Shown here: positions 38,129 to 51,989 of the stretch, piece after piece
How the letters are laid out: each line of letters begins with the position of its first letter
Position numbering within the stretch: the stretch's first letter is position 1
Assembly: GCF_009914755.1 (NCBI RefSeq)
Contig: NC_060948.1
Source: the human T2T-CHM13v2.0 reference genome, Homo sapiens
Reading direction: 5' to 3' (one strand)
Length of the DNA: 64,000 nucleotides
Notes under the pieces: model-generated
Told to the model about the DNA's origin: nothing
The model's database searches: none
The model's input: only the letters and a program-made list of their open reading frames with translations
Position numbers and translations under genes: made by a program

Positions 38129-39604
38129 ATCTATTTTTTCTTTTTCTTCTGTTCATAGAATCATTGACAAACCCAGAATCAATAAGCACATTAAAATATG
38201 CTCAACATCACTAGCCATAAGCTAAACGAATACCTCAATCACAATGAGATTACCACGTTTTACCCATTGGAACATCTATTTTTTTTTAAGGAAGAGTTGG
38301 AGAGTATGTGGAAAAAGTAGAACTCTTGTGCATTGCTGGTGAGAAAGTGAGATGGTGGTGATGGTTGCACAACTTGAGAATAGTTAATTTCACTGAAATA
38401 CTCACTTAAAATGTTTGAAATGGTAAATTTTGTTATGTATGTTTTATCTCATACAACAAATTTTTCTCAGAACTGTTCCTAAGATAGTTCTATGTGTGAA
38501 GAAAGAAGATGCTCCACTCCTAGGATGAGTAGGAGCCTTTTTATTTATGCTGGTACTACATACTCTTGGCTCTTCCATATGCCCAGCATGATCGCACCAG
38601 CCAGAGGAGTTGACTCCCACCTGGCCCATTTATGCCTCTTTCTATCAGCCTGTTCTCCTATTCAGCTCACTACCTGCCACCTACAAAGCACTGTAAATTA
38701 CAGGTCAGTTTACCATCTCTGTACACATTTCTTCTCTATAATGTCACGGAAATGGGATCATACAATATGTGGTCTCTTCAGACTGGGTTTTTCTGCTTTG
38801 CTTTTTATACATACGATGCATTCATGGCTTTGCATGACCTCATAAATCATCCTATTGTCTTGATGAATAGTATTCTATTTCATGGATTTACCTGGCTTGG
38901 TTATTATTTAAGGGTATCCTGATTCCTTAAAGTATTTGGCCATTATCAAGAGAGCAGGTATACAAAATTGCATGTGGTTTTTGGTTAAATGTGAGTTTCC
39001 AAAGTTGTTGTCTAAATACTTAAGTCTGCAAATGTTAGCCTATATGGTGAGGCTATGTTTAGCTTTGGAAAAAAAAAACTGCCAAAATTGTGGCAGAAGA
39101 AATAATATCTTTTAACTTTGCTGTACAATTATGCATTCCACCAGCAAAGAACAAGCATTCCTTTCACCGTTTTCATTGCATTTAAAAAAATTTTAGACAT
39201 ATTATAATATTATAGATGTTCAGTGCTCTCATTGTTAATTTGCTTTCCCCTGACAGCAAGTGATTTTTGGCATTATTTCATTGTTATTGTTTGTTCATTA
39301 TTCTATGACTGCTGCCAAAAAGCATGCATGTGCTGTGCCAAAGAGAAAGAATTTTAAAAATATGCACTCTAAGCTCTACCTAGTAAAAACTTAAAAAAAA
39401 AATGCTAGTACACATAATCATTTATCCTGTTATTTGTTCTAATTTTATGGTTACTAGAAGGAGATAGTAAACTCTAGCTAATGAGACAATGTGGTGAATT
39501 AATCTGATGCGTCATAATATAGAGAACACTTTCAGTCAAGTGATTATTTTACTGGTGTTAAGGGAGCAACAGGAATTCTTTAGCACAAGTTGTTTGTGTG
39601 GGAT

Positions 39605-39880
39605 ATTTTTCCCTCTCACCCAGGCTGGAATACAACGGTGCAATCTTGGCTCACTGCAACCTCTGCCTCCTGGGTTCATGCAATTCTCCTATCTCAGCCT
39701 CCTGAGTAGTTACAATTACAGGAGACTACCACCACACTCATCTATTTTTTTAATTTTATTTTTAGTAGAGACACTGTTTCCCCATATTGGCCAGTGTTGT
39801 CTCAGACAATTGACAGGTGATCCACCCTCCTCAGCATTTCAAAGTGCTGGGATTACAGGCATGAGCCACTGTGCCCAGCT
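39605..39880 (-). mobile_element. AluS
   Basis: caggctggaatacaacggtgcaatcttggctcactgcaacc...gagccactgtgcccagc. Confidence 0.88.
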
Positions 39881-40399
39881 GAGTCAGTTATTTTATCCCT
39901 TTATGGAGGAAAGTTTGGGTTGAAAACCAACCTTCTAATACTTATAAGTGCCTCAAGGCTGTTAGGATAAAAATAAATCTTCCAACCTAAGGATACTTGG
40001 CAGCCTCTAGAACTTTAAGAAAAGCTGAGAAATGAAACATCCAGCTTCCATCTCATTTCAGGAGAGCATCACCAGTGCCTGGGGGACTCTTGGGCCCTGG
40101 AGAAAGGGCAGAGCTGGGGTATGTGGGGATAGCCTTTGGAGCCACTGCTGCTCTGGCAGACACTGCTGCTCTTTAGGGGCATGGAACCTCAGCCTTCAGC
40201 AGAAGCAGCAGGAGATCAGTGAGCAATGTTTTGTGTGCCTGTTTTCCACCTCCATTATCTTCCTTAAGTGAGGTATCTATTCAGGTATTTTCCTTTTAAT
40301 TGTGTTATATTCTTCAGTTTTAGAGTTTCTTTGTATATTTTGCATTCAAGTCATTTTTCAGCCTGTGGCTTTTTGGTTCTCTTTGGATCCTATTTCTTT

Positions 40400-40696
40400 T
40401 CCTTTTTTTTTTTTTAGACAGAGTCCTGCCCTGTCACCTTGGCTGGAGTGCAATGGTGTGATCTCAGCCCAGTGCAACCTCTGGCTCTCAGGTTCAAAGG
40501 ATTCTCCTGCTTCGACCTCAAGAGTACCTGGAATGTCATGTGACTGCCACCACGCCCAGCTAATTTTGTCGTATTTTAGCAGAGAACATCTTTCACCATG
40601 TTAGCCATGCTGATGTGGAACTCCTGACCTAAGGTGATCTGCCCACCTCAGCCTCCCAAAGTGCTAGGATTTCAAATGTGAGCCACCATGCCTGAC
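40400..40696 (-). mobile_element. AluSx-like
   Basis: Full dimer with poly(T). Confidence 0.9.
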
Positions 40697-41274
40697 TTTA
40701 AAAACGTGTTTTACGGAGTAGATATTTCAAATTTTAATAAAGGCTACATTATCAATTTTTATTTCTTTCATAGACTGGACAATAACTCAATACCAAATCC
40801 AAGGATATGCAGATTTTCTTCTCTTACAAATTTACCTTAGAAAATTTCAATGTATGAATACTTTTGAGTAATTTTTTTCAGGAAAACTATGAAGTTTGTG
40901 TCTATGTTTATTTTTTTCATATAGTTTCCAATTGTTCTGTTGCCACTTGTGGAACAGATTTATCTTTTCCATTGAAAACTCTTTGTGCCATTGACAAAAT
41001 CTGTTGAGTTGGGTCTGTTTGGGGGTTGCCAATTCAGTTCCACTTATCTACTTGTCTATTAAATCATCAATGCCACACTCTATTGCTCTAGCTTAGTGTA
41101 AGTATTCTGACCCAGATGTGTAAGTTTTTTAACTTTGTCCTTCCTCAGCCTTATTTCATTCATTGTAATTTTAGGAAAAGTTTGTCAATGTCTTTGCCTG
41201 GATTTTGATTGGGATTTGGCAGAAAAAATAATTAGCGTACTGCTCCTAAACAAAAAACTTCTTCCCTATATTTA

Positions 41275-42230
41275 TTGAGACAAAGTCTCACTTTGTCACC
41301 CAAGTTAGAATGCAGTGGCAAGATCTTAGGTCACTGAGATTATCTGACCTAAGCACCCCAAGTAGCTTGGACCACAGGTGTGCAACACCACGTTTGGCTT
41401 ATTTTTTTGTATTTTTGGTAGAGATGAGATTTTACTGTGGAATGAGGAGGCCCAGAGAGGTCTTGGGGTAGAGGAGGATTTTTACTGAGTGCACTCACAC
41501 TCAGTGGACTCAACATCCAAAAAGCTGGGCCCAGAATAAAGACAACAGTTGACTTACACACACTTCAAAAACGGGGTAGGCTAGCTTGAAGCAGGCTTAC
41601 AGCTACAGTGGCACAAAAGCAAGTTTACAGAGGCAGAACAATTTATCAAATTGAGACAGGTTCATAACTCAGAATTACACATGACCATTGCCAAGCAATC
41701 CAGATATCTATTATCTAGGTTTTGCTCTAAAGAGCCTTGCATTGGTTTATCTTATAACTTTCTCTATGATGCCCAGACAGCTGTGGTTCAGGTCTGCTCA
41801 GGCTTCTTGTGACCTTCACTGTACTTCTTTGATAAAACAGAATACTTGAAGTTACTAGCTACAGAGAACAAGAATCTACAAACTCATACACCAAAACAAA
41901 GCAAAATTTGTTTTTCTACTCCCTGTGTTGGCGGAGTGCTGGGAGAGTCTCCAGAGCACATTGCTTTGTGTATGAGCATCTCAGATAGTGTTTACCAAGA
42001 CTTTTCCTGAGTCTGATATGTGACTGTTGCTGCCTGCGGGACAGATCAGCCTAATACAGGAATGCTTACTTCTTTTTCTTTTTAATTTTAATTTTCTTTA
42101 TATCTCCAATTTCCCACCTCAGTTTCATCATGTAGCCCAGTCAGGTCTCTAACTCATGGATTCAAGTGATCTGCCTGCATCAGCCTCTGGAAGTGTTGTA
42201 ATTACAGTTGTGTGCCACCATGCCTGGCCT
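41275..42230 (-). mobile_element. AluJ split by an LTR insertion (41275-41435 and 42122-42230)
   Basis: Alu text gtagagatgagatttta... resumes as gtttcatcatgtagcccag after the LTR. Confidence 0.8.
41436..42121 (-). mobile_element. Solo ERV LTR, family not firmly assigned (possibly LTR62/MER9B-like)
   Basis: Minus strand begins tgaggtgggaaatt and ends ...cctcattccaca; interrupts an Alu. Confidence 0.7.
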
Positions 42231-42327
42231 GTCTGCATTTATTTATATTTCTTTTGATTTATCTCAATGGTGACTCATGGCTTTCCAAATGAATTTTGCA
42301 TATTTTGTTACATTTATACTTAATGGA

Positions 42328-45300
42328 CGTGGTAGCACTCCTTACCAGGTGCTGGGGTCTGACTTGCAGACCCTGACCCAGCAATGGATGAGTTAAGTAC
42401 TGTGACACAAAACTATTCTGTTTTGCCAGTCCAGCTGAGTGCATGTGGCACTTACAGATTCCCTGGAGAGTACTGTAAACACTTGTGACTTCAGCCTCCA
42501 TCAGTCAGTGAGATTTGCATTTATTTGGTAAAGATTAATTGACAAAGGTAGGGAGTAAACACCACTAGAAGATAGCTGACACTGTGGATTTCCTGAGTAG
42601 AAAGCAAGTAAGCACCCATGGTACATCAAAGGTTTGTTTTATCTGGGTACACAAGCTAGCCATGTAAACTACTCTGCCTTTCTTTGTACCCACTTTAAGC
42701 TGTTTACTCAAGGTAAGGATTAGATTGCCTTCAGCTGTAACCTTATCCTGAGACTTTTGTAAAAACTTCCAGGCCTTCCAAGAAGGTTTGTGTTTATTTA
42801 TATAACTATGTCTAAAATATTTCCCACCAGACTGATTAAATTCCTACATCTCCCTCTTTTCATTTTTGAATCATGTCCTTTTGATTGGAAACTGTAGATG
42901 TGTGCAGGAACAGTTTTTTTCAGGTGAGGCAGTCATTGCTCTTATTCTGGCTTTGCATCCTAGAATTGGAAAATAACAGAAAACAATCATAAGTACAATT
43001 AGCAACATTCTTTTCCAATCAAAGTGTGACCTGGTACTTCAGTTTGATAAGTGCTGTTACTAAGGAACCCCACTGGGGGTTTGTTAACTCCTTCCAGGCA
43101 AGCAGTTATGTTATTAGAAGCTGGAAAGGGAGTGTATCCCCAGATGACAGGGCTGAAAAATGTCAGATTTAGAAGATGGGCTTATTAGAGTGTAGCAGGT
43201 ACAGGTAGTAGGCACAGTGAGAGACTAAAAAGAAATAAATTAGCTGAAGTGAAAGGTGTCTGTGTCCAGAGCAGGATTTGTTTAGTCTTCTGTTTCTTCA
43301 GCATAATGCCTGGGACCTGTGTCCTCTGTGGAAGCCACATCATTTGGGGCTGTGGGTCTTGCACGGCTAATGCCTTCATTTCTGGTAGCAGATTGAGTCC
43401 TGGCCTTGCCATGGAATGGTTTGATGCTTTGTATTGGAATCCAAAGAGGACCTGAGGGGGTGTGGACAAAAGCATACCTTCTTCTCCATGTTAATAATTC
43501 ACTAGGTCCACACAATTCATTACCGTTTACATCCTTCTATAAAACTGAAGGTTTTATGCCTTGAGAGGTTTTAGCAAATTGCTTTTCTACAGCTGATGGA
43601 TAAATAAGGCTTTGCCAATAATGTTACAGCGTCTTTACCACTTCTGCCTTTTTTTTTTGTTTTTTGAGCACATTTTTAAAGGTGAAGTTGGCATGTTCTA
43701 CTATTGCTTGTCCTTGGGGGTTATAGGGGATACCTGTGGAATGTTGCATATCCCAAGTGTGACAAAATTGTTGAAATTGTGAGCTGGCATAAGCTGTACC
43801 ATTATCAGTCTTAATTTTTGTGGGTCATTCCATAAATGCAAAAGTTAAAATAAGATGTTTAATGACATATAGAGTTGACTCTCCAGGCAGAGTATGTGGA
43901 CTAATTAAATGAGTGTTGGAGTCAACTGATACATGTACATATCTTATTTTTCCTAATTCAAGGATGTGTGTACATCTGTTTGCCATAACTTATTAGGTTC
44001 TAGTCCTCTAGGGTTAACACCTGTTGAAGGAGGGAATGTGTCTGTAAGCTAGCAATCTGGGCATTGTAGGATAATGTGTTTAGCCAGTCTCTGGGTAAGT
44101 TTAAATTGTTTAGATAAGTTTCTCCAATTTTGGTGGAAAAATTGATGCGATTGGGTGACTTGGTCAAGCAGTGATGTCATAACTTGAAGGTCTGCTTGAT
44201 TATTGCCATAAGACAATGGGTCAGGCAGAGAGCTGTATACTTAAATATGTGCAATAAAATAGGATGTGTACTTTGGTCTCACCATTGCTGAAGACAGAAA
44301 AAATGAACACATATGGTAGAGTGTAGAGTGGACTTACTAAGGGCTGTAAAAGCTTTTTAGAGTCAATATAAAGGTTTTAACTTTAGCTTTCTGATTGCTA
44401 GTAAACTCAGACTGAGTTAGTGAATTATGTGGTGTCTACTAGACTTCTGCCTTTCCATGTTGATCAGAACCAAGTGTAAACAGTGTTAAAGCATTAGGTA
44501 TGAGGGAGTGAACTATTTTGTCAGTAAAGCATTTACTAGACTTTTGGGAATCACAAATTGGCTGAATATCAAGGGCTGTTAGTAGAATATCACCTATAAG
44601 ATGAATGACTTTGCAATCAGGAAACTCTATTCTAGTGGGGAGGAAAGTTCACTTGTAATTATTCCTTAGCTAACCCATGGTCCTATTGTAATGTCTCTCC
44701 CTTTAGAGGTTATTTTTTTATTTCAATTGGATTTGGAGAGAATCATGTTAGGTGTAAGGAGAGGTAATGGTGGCCACAATTAGAAAGAGGGTTTTCAAAT
44801 TCTTACATTTTACTTAAATCTTAGTAGAGCATCATAATCTGGGATGTCACCTGTAAACAAGAAACAAGGTATTTTGCTGTGGGTGTGTCTCCTGTACAGC
44901 TAGAGAGCTGACCAGGAGGGTCCCTGAGTGGTGGCTGCTTTGCACTTGTAAAGGTGCTGCTTTTCTTCCTTTGCTGGCTTTTTGCTTGTGCCACTTCGTT
45001 CACTGCTGGACAGCTTTTGCCCGCCACTGAGGGAAGAGGAAGTGATAAGGCAGGTGACATTCTCTCCTGCTTCCCCTTTTTAGACTCTTCTGTGTATAAC
45101 AGAAACAAGGCTGCTCTAATTAAAGCCCATAATATTAAAGCTGTTACTTGGAACTGTTGCCTTTGCTTCTGATGTTGTTTAAGATTTTTCCCCACTTTTC
45201 CCAGAGTTCTATGTCTAGCATTCCTTCTTCTAGGAATCATGGGCTTTGCATTAAACAGTTTGCATTAGTTGGTCCCTTAATTGAGCCTGCAAAAGTGATG

Positions 45301-46058
45301 CTCTGTTAGCCTTAAGCATTGTTTCAACACTTTTATTTACTGTTTCTCTTCAGTTGATAACTGCTGTATCACGATGAGACCTCAGCTTGACCAATCCTCT
45401 CTGAACTTGGAAAGCCCAAGTGGGCACCAATGACTTACTGATTACTCAGTGACTTGACTGTGCAGTCCCTCTTCACCTTCATGTTTGGGGGATCCATCAC
45501 ATTCCCTTCACAGTGTTCCTCAGACAAGGGCACCAACTGTGGTAGCACTCCTCATGCAGGGGTCTGACCTACAGACCCTGACCTAGCAATGAATGAATGA
45601 AGTACATTGACAAACAAATATTCTGGTATGCCAGTCCAGCTGAGTGTCTGAACTGCTTACACACTCCCGGGAGAGTACTGTAAACACTTGTGACTTTGAC
45701 TTTGATCAGTCAGTGAAACTCGCATTTATTATGTAAAGATTAATTGACAAAGATCCTTAGTAAACACTACTAGAGGGTAATTGATACTGGGGATGTCCTG
45801 AGTAGAAAGCAATTAAGGACCCATGGTACATCAAACGTTAGTTTTAAGACCACATGAGTAAACAAGCTAGCTAGATAACCTACTCTACCTTTCTTTGTAC
45901 TCACTTTAAGCCATTTACTCAATGAAAGGATTAGATTGCCTTCATCCATAACCTTATCCTGAGACTTTGGTAATAACCTTCAGGCCTTCCAAGAAGTTTT
46001 GTGTACGCATCTATAACCATCCTTAAAATTTTTCCACCAGCCTGATTGAATCCCTACA
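42328..46058 (-). mobile_element. HERV-K(HML-5)/HERVK22 provirus with LTR22 LTRs, heavily deleted (3.7 kb)
   Basis: LTRs 45538-46058 (5') and 42328-42848 (3'); TSD aatgga/aattga; PPT aaaagagggaga; betaretroviral integrase motifs [46 protein letters not shown]; gag N-terminus, RNase H and env fragments only. Confidence 0.92.
45517..45535 (-). other. tRNA-Met-like primer binding site of HML-5
   Basis: Minus strand tggtgcccttgtctgagga vs the tRNA-Met complement TGGTGCCCCGTGTGAGGA. Confidence 0.7.
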
Positions 46059-46194
46059 AATTGATTCAGTTTGGGGGTACTATTGTAAATTGTGTGTTAA
46101 TGTTTCAAATTCAATTATTCCTATCCATTATTGCTGATATAGAGAAAAATCAATGGAGTTTGGTCTATTGGCCATCTTCTTTGCTTCTTCTTGT

Positions 46195-46560
46195 CTTCAT
46201 TCCTATCAAGGCACAGGAAGGTAGGCTCTATTTCACTTCCACTTCCTGAGATTACTGGCTGGATTCATCCTCCCCATATTTCAGAGATTCTTTATGGCTG
46301 CCACTAGGGGATCATGGAGAAGATGCAAGGAGCCCATGCAACACACTGCAGGGCAGCATCCTGGGGGCATCAAACAGGCCTTCCTTCTCCTCAGATGCCA
46401 CCCAGGACATGACTTCAGTGCACTTGGGATACCTGGATCTGCATCCACAGTAAGGATGACATCTCGTCTCCCCTGGAAAGGCCACAACATTGGGAAGTCT
46501 GCTTGCCAGGTGAGGAAAGCTGAGGAAAAAGTGTTCTGTCTGTGGCCCCCAGTACTGAGG
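46195..46560 (+). pseudogene. PRYP: PRY-like (PTPN13-like, Y-linked) terminal exon remnant
   Basis: KVGSISLPLPEITGWIHPPHISEILYGCH* from 46218 vs recalled PRY KVGCISLPLREMTAWINPPQISEIFQGYHQ (20/29); downstream FLLLRCHPGHDFSALG and GHNIGKSACQVRK also resemble PRY. Confidence 0.8.
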
Positions 46561-46854
46561 AGGGATCACTGCCCTGGGCCTTACTTCCACACCCCTGGCC
46601 TCCAACTCTGACTTTACAAAATTGTTTCTTGAGTGAGGCTGTGATCTTGCATTGTCACAGCCACCAACATGTGCTTCACAGATGATCTGGGCTTGTTTCT
46701 GGGGAGAAATCCTGGTACAGAGAAAGGAGGGGTACTAAGCAGCACCACTGTGACGGGTCAAGGTCAGGGACACATCACACCCTCCATCATCACTTTTACT
46801 CAGGCTTTCATGGTTCATTTTCTTACAGTGCTAAAATAGTTGAAACAATACACA

Positions 46855-47153
46855 TTTTTTTTTTTGAGACAGAGTCTCATTCTGTCCCCCAGGTTGGCAA
46901 GCAGTGGCATGATTTCCACCTACTGCAAGCTCCACCTCCCGGGTTCATGCCATTCTCCTGCCTCAGCCTCCTGAGTAGCTGGGACTACAGGCACCCACCA
47001 CCATGCCAGCTAATTTTTTTTTTTTTTTTTTTTTTAGTAGAGATGTGGTTTCACCGAGTTAGCCAGGATGGTCTGGATCTCCTGACCTCATGATCCACTC
47101 GCCTTGGTCTCCAAAAGTGCTGGGATTACAGGCATGAGCCATGGTGCCCAGCC
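46855..47153 (-). mobile_element. AluY
   Basis: ctgcaagctccacctcccgggttcatgccattctcc and ttagccaggatggtc diagnostics. Confidence 0.92.
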
Positions 47154-47159
47154 AGAAAA

Positions 47160-49810
47160 AAATTTTAAGTAGGTATATTGGAACTTAAATCATTATTTAA
47201 GTTCAAATATACGATGTATACCTTGTTAGCAACCATTTTTCTTTTGTTTAGACGTCACAGTTTAATTGAGAATGAATTTGTTATGGTACTGAAAATGCTG
47301 TTTTATAAAGATTAACATCTTACTTTAGCTGAGATATACTAACTCTATCAAACTTTGATATTATAGCATATTAATTAAAGAAATTTGGTCTCCTTTTTTC
47401 TCAATCTTCACAATTTTAAATAAAATCAGAACCTATTAAAGGTCAGTTAGTACTCAACCATGAGCCTGTATTGTTCAGATGTGACTTCCAGTGAAAGCCT
47501 CCGTAATATGAACAAATTTCTCAAGTATGTCCTGTTAAAAGGAGAACAGATGTTCATTGAACTTTTGCAAATAACTGTATTGTCATGAAAATGAGAACAT
47601 TTTATAAGAGTTTCAGAATTCTGGAGGAATGGGCAGAGAGATGAAAGAGAAATGTGCTGATGACAACCCTCAAACTCTGTAAAATATTTAAAGAGATTTA
47701 TTCTCAGTCAAATAAGAGTGACCAGTTACCCATGACAGAACCCTTCTCAGGAGATTATGAAAAACATGTACCCAAGCTGTTCTGGGAACAACCTAGTTTT
47801 ATACATTTTAGGGAGACATGAGACATCAATCAAATACATGTAAGATATACATTGGTTTGGTTCCCAAAAGTGGGACAACTTAAAATGGGTGGTGGTGCAT
47901 TCTGATTGGCAGTTGGTTTAAAGATTTAAGTTATCCAGAGACATGGAATCAATAGAAAGAAATATCTGGGTTACAATAAATAACAAAGGGTATAGAAACC
48001 AAAGTTTTATCATGAAGAGGAACCCAGAGAAAAGATTATAAATATTTCTTATCAGACGTAAGGTCTGTGTTGATGTTAATGATGGTTAACTTTTTCTGAA
48101 TTGCAAAAGATAGGAGTGTATAATGAAGTATGTCTGATCCTTCTCCCTTTTATGACCTGAACCAACTTTGGAATACCCTTAGCCAAAAAGAGGGGTCCAT
48201 TCAGATGGCTGGGGCAGATTGGGCTTAAAATTTCATTTTTGGTTTACAAATGTTCCACTTCTGTTTACAAAAGTATAATCTATTAAATTGTTATGAGTTA
48301 TAGTTAACTTAATAAAAAAATTCTTAAATCCAGAGATATAGAATATTAAAGAACCAGCAGACTTCCAAATCAAAAAAAGCTGTAAAATTTTACACATTCT
48401 TTATCTGTTCATTCAGTGCAATGTAATCAATTCCCATATTGTTTAATCTTGGGTTAGCAGTGCCATGAACCCATCAGTTTGTCAACTAGAGCTCTGGATA
48501 TTGTTCTTCAGTCCTGTGTTATAATCTTAAAGTTATTTAACAATTGACATCAGATTTTTATATCCAGAGGACCCATCATTGTTGTTTCCATTGGTCTTGA
48601 GGAAGTTCTTTGTTGAAGACAAACATTCTGACCTGTAGCCAACGCAGATGCAGAACCTCTTGGGAAAACATGAGATTGAAATACTACCTACCTGTACATT
48701 ACAAAAGGTGTACAATGGCCATGGTTAAAACTGTAATGGAAACTCATTATATCACAGTTAAACAGGAATTTGTCTGCTTCTGTGGCATACAAAATTTAAA
48801 ATAGTAACTAGAATTATGACTCATAATATTATACTAGGGCATATAATAGATAGGGAGGACATTTACAAATTTCCAGGAATTCCATACAGTTTCTGAAAAG
48901 ATAACATTTTACCAATACAAATACAACCAAGAAAGTTTAAGCATCTTTTCTTATTCGTGTATTTTGTGTACTGCTCATTTCATACTGTTTGTCAAATGCT
49001 AGCATTCCATAGTAGATTGAAAATTTATAAATACACCATCTCATAATTTCTAGAGGCATATGTGTCCTCTATACTAATAAGGCAATGACTCATTATTGTA
49101 GAAAATAATGTTTTTAAAAAGATCAAAATATCTTCAGTCTCTCTGTAAAAATAAGAAGCTACAAGTATATACAGTTCAATTTATGTTTAATAATTAAAGG
49201 TTTAGCATTTTATCTCATTTATAAACATTCTAGAAATTTAATAAACATCTTTCACTTACCGTAGCTTTAAGGTAGCAAATCACTAGAAAGATTTTATAAA
49301 TTATTATTAGATATGCTGTAAAACATAATTATTACTACAATAATGTTGGTCATAAAAATGACAACTTAATTAAAATCAAATATAACTTTTAAGATTTTAA
49401 ATATCTAGTGAATATAATACTGGTTTGTTTGACTGGTAACAAAACAGAATAAAAATGTATGTTTTATTATTTGATAGTGAAAATTCTGAAGACATACTTG
49501 TTTTAGTGAGTCAAAATTATTAAAATAGTGCTACTCACCTAAGTTTTATCAAAATAATCTGCACTTGGAAAACATTTGGATCAGTTTCTGTATTTTCTGA
49601 GTGTTTTGTTAATATTTTACTTATAATTTCTTACTTTTTTGAAGCCAATTTAGAATAGAGCACCTTTAAATGATTTTAGAAATTGTTTGCAATGCCATCC
49701 AGAGATTTGAAAATGTCACCTATAGAAAAGATATGCAAACACACATACAGATAGATCTAAACAGATATCTTATAGCTTTAGTTCTAAAATTTTAGCCACA
49801 AATCAGGCAT
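47160..49810 (-). mobile_element. MER4-group ERV1 internal-sequence remnant (AT-rich)
   Basis: Characteristic non-coding text (gaattatgactcataatattatacta, ccaggaattccatacagtttctg); pattern recognition only. Confidence 0.5.
47655..48248 (-). mobile_element. MER4-family solo LTR
   Basis: Minus strand begins tgtaaaccaaaaatgaaattttaagccc...ccatctgaatggacccc; TSD AATG/AATG. Confidence 0.88.
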
Positions 49811-49816
49811 AAAAAT

Positions 49817-49920
49817 TGTGATTGTAAATTTTAGGTGTTCACTTGACAGGATTAAGGGATACACACATAGCTGGTAGAGTACCATTTCTGGGTATATTTG
49901 TGAGGGTGCTTCTGGAAGTC
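49817..49920 (+). mobile_element. MLT2 (ERVL) LTR 5' fragment
   Basis: tgtgattgtaaattttaggtgttcacttgacaggattaagggatac...tgtgagggtg. Confidence 0.7.
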
Positions 49921-50194
49921 TTTAAGGAGAGCCTCTATTGATTTAGTCACCATTCTCTTATTGGTACTGAGAGGGAGACTCCATTAAAATGAAGATTTCC
50001 TTAGTAGATGTACATTTTCTTTACAAATGGGTAAGTTCTGCTTTGTTTTCAGTTCCCTTGTGTCTGCATTTTCTTAAAATAATAGGTTCAAAATGATTTT
50101 TATACCCAAGTGGCATATTTTGTGATGGCATGTTCTGGTCTCCTATAGTCATATATTGGGGAGGCATATTCTGGTTTTCAACACTGTCTTTCAT

Positions 50195-51175
50195 AATTTC
50201 TGTACCATCATGCATTCCACCAGCAATGAATGCAATGCTGTTTTTTCCTCCAGCAATTCATTTGTCATGGTTTAAAAACAGTTTAGCAGTTCCAACAAAT
50301 ATAGATGGGCCACACCATCTCGTTGTAATTTTTAGTCCCTTAATGATATATGAAGTTGAACATGTTTCTGTATGCTTGCCATCTGTGTATATTCATCGAT
50401 GATGTACTGCTCAGCTCTTTACTAGTTTAATTGGTAGTCTATTTTATTGCTGAGTGTCAATATTTCTTTGTATATTTTGAGTGAAAGTTATTATTTAGAT
50501 CTGTATTTTGCAGATATTTCTTCTTGGCTGTGGCTTGTCTATTTCCTGAACTAGATTTTTCAGAGTATAAACTTTTGATATGAGAAAGTCTATAATGCTA
50601 ATTATTTTTTCTGTTATGAATCGGCTTTTATGTCACATGTTAAAACTCATGACCAAACCCAAGGTTACATCCCTTTCTTTCTCTGCTTTCTTTGAGAATT
50701 TGTATAATTTTACATTTTATTTCTCAGGACTATGTTGTGGAAAAATTAATGCTAAGTTGGAAAGTTTGCAACTGTGTTCATTTTATTTCCTATGGTTACA
50801 CACACACACAAAGACACACACACAAGCACATGAGAATAGGCTCCATTTCCATTTGAATTTCCAAAATGATGGCACTGAACAATCTGAACTCTGCCTTTAT
50901 TTGGTGCCACAGGTAAGCCAGGAGGGGGCGAATGGTTCCCGCACCATGACAACCACAGGGGGCAGGCGATGCCACCTTTTCTGACCATGGAAACTCCCAC
51001 GTGTTCAACACCGGCTGCCTTAGAGGACGAGACCTGCGTTCTACTCAGCACACACTAAGCACCATCACCTCACTGGGGGACAGATGGAAGCAGAGGTAAG
51101 TAAAAACCTTCCTCTGACTTATGAGCATCAGGGATCCAGTAGAAAGGCCTTGTGGGGAAAATGAGAAATAAAATA
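50195..51175. repeat. Copy B of the old ~1 kb direct duplication
   Basis: Colinear with 16965-18000. Confidence 0.85.
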
Positions 51176-51389
51176 TTCCATGGTTTTTAAGACAGTTTTC
51201 TTGTAGTAGAAGGCATACTATGAGAACAGCCTACAAAGCCCTAATTCTCTTTTTCTAACTTCTGCCTGGAAAAAAAAAATTGACGTCAGTTTTTACCTAA
51301 CATTCAAACCTTATAGCACCACCTAGTTGGATTTATTTCTCCATGTGTCCATTCTGTTAGCTCTTTGTATAAACCCTCTAGTCTCCTAA

Positions 51390-51885
<496 letters not shown>

Positions 51886-51989
51886 AAGATAGTTTTGCTA
51901 AAGTGAGTTACATTGGCGTTTTAACAACAAAAAGATGAATTACATGGATAGTAGTCAATTGGTCTCATTATTTGGAAATCCGTAGTTTT

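Larger units (their letters stand above)
38180..41225. mobile_element. Patchwork of old L1M fragments (sense ~38180-38460; antisense ~38630-39280 and ~40260-41225)
   Basis: L1 3' and ORF2 text such as atgctcaacatcactagcc, atgcattccaccagc, ccaattgttctg...cacttgtgg. Confidence 0.6.

Noticed and set aside
39120-40930. Possible third copy of the 1-kb duplication
   Set aside because: Similarity is limited to generic L1M text; the non-L1 part is absent
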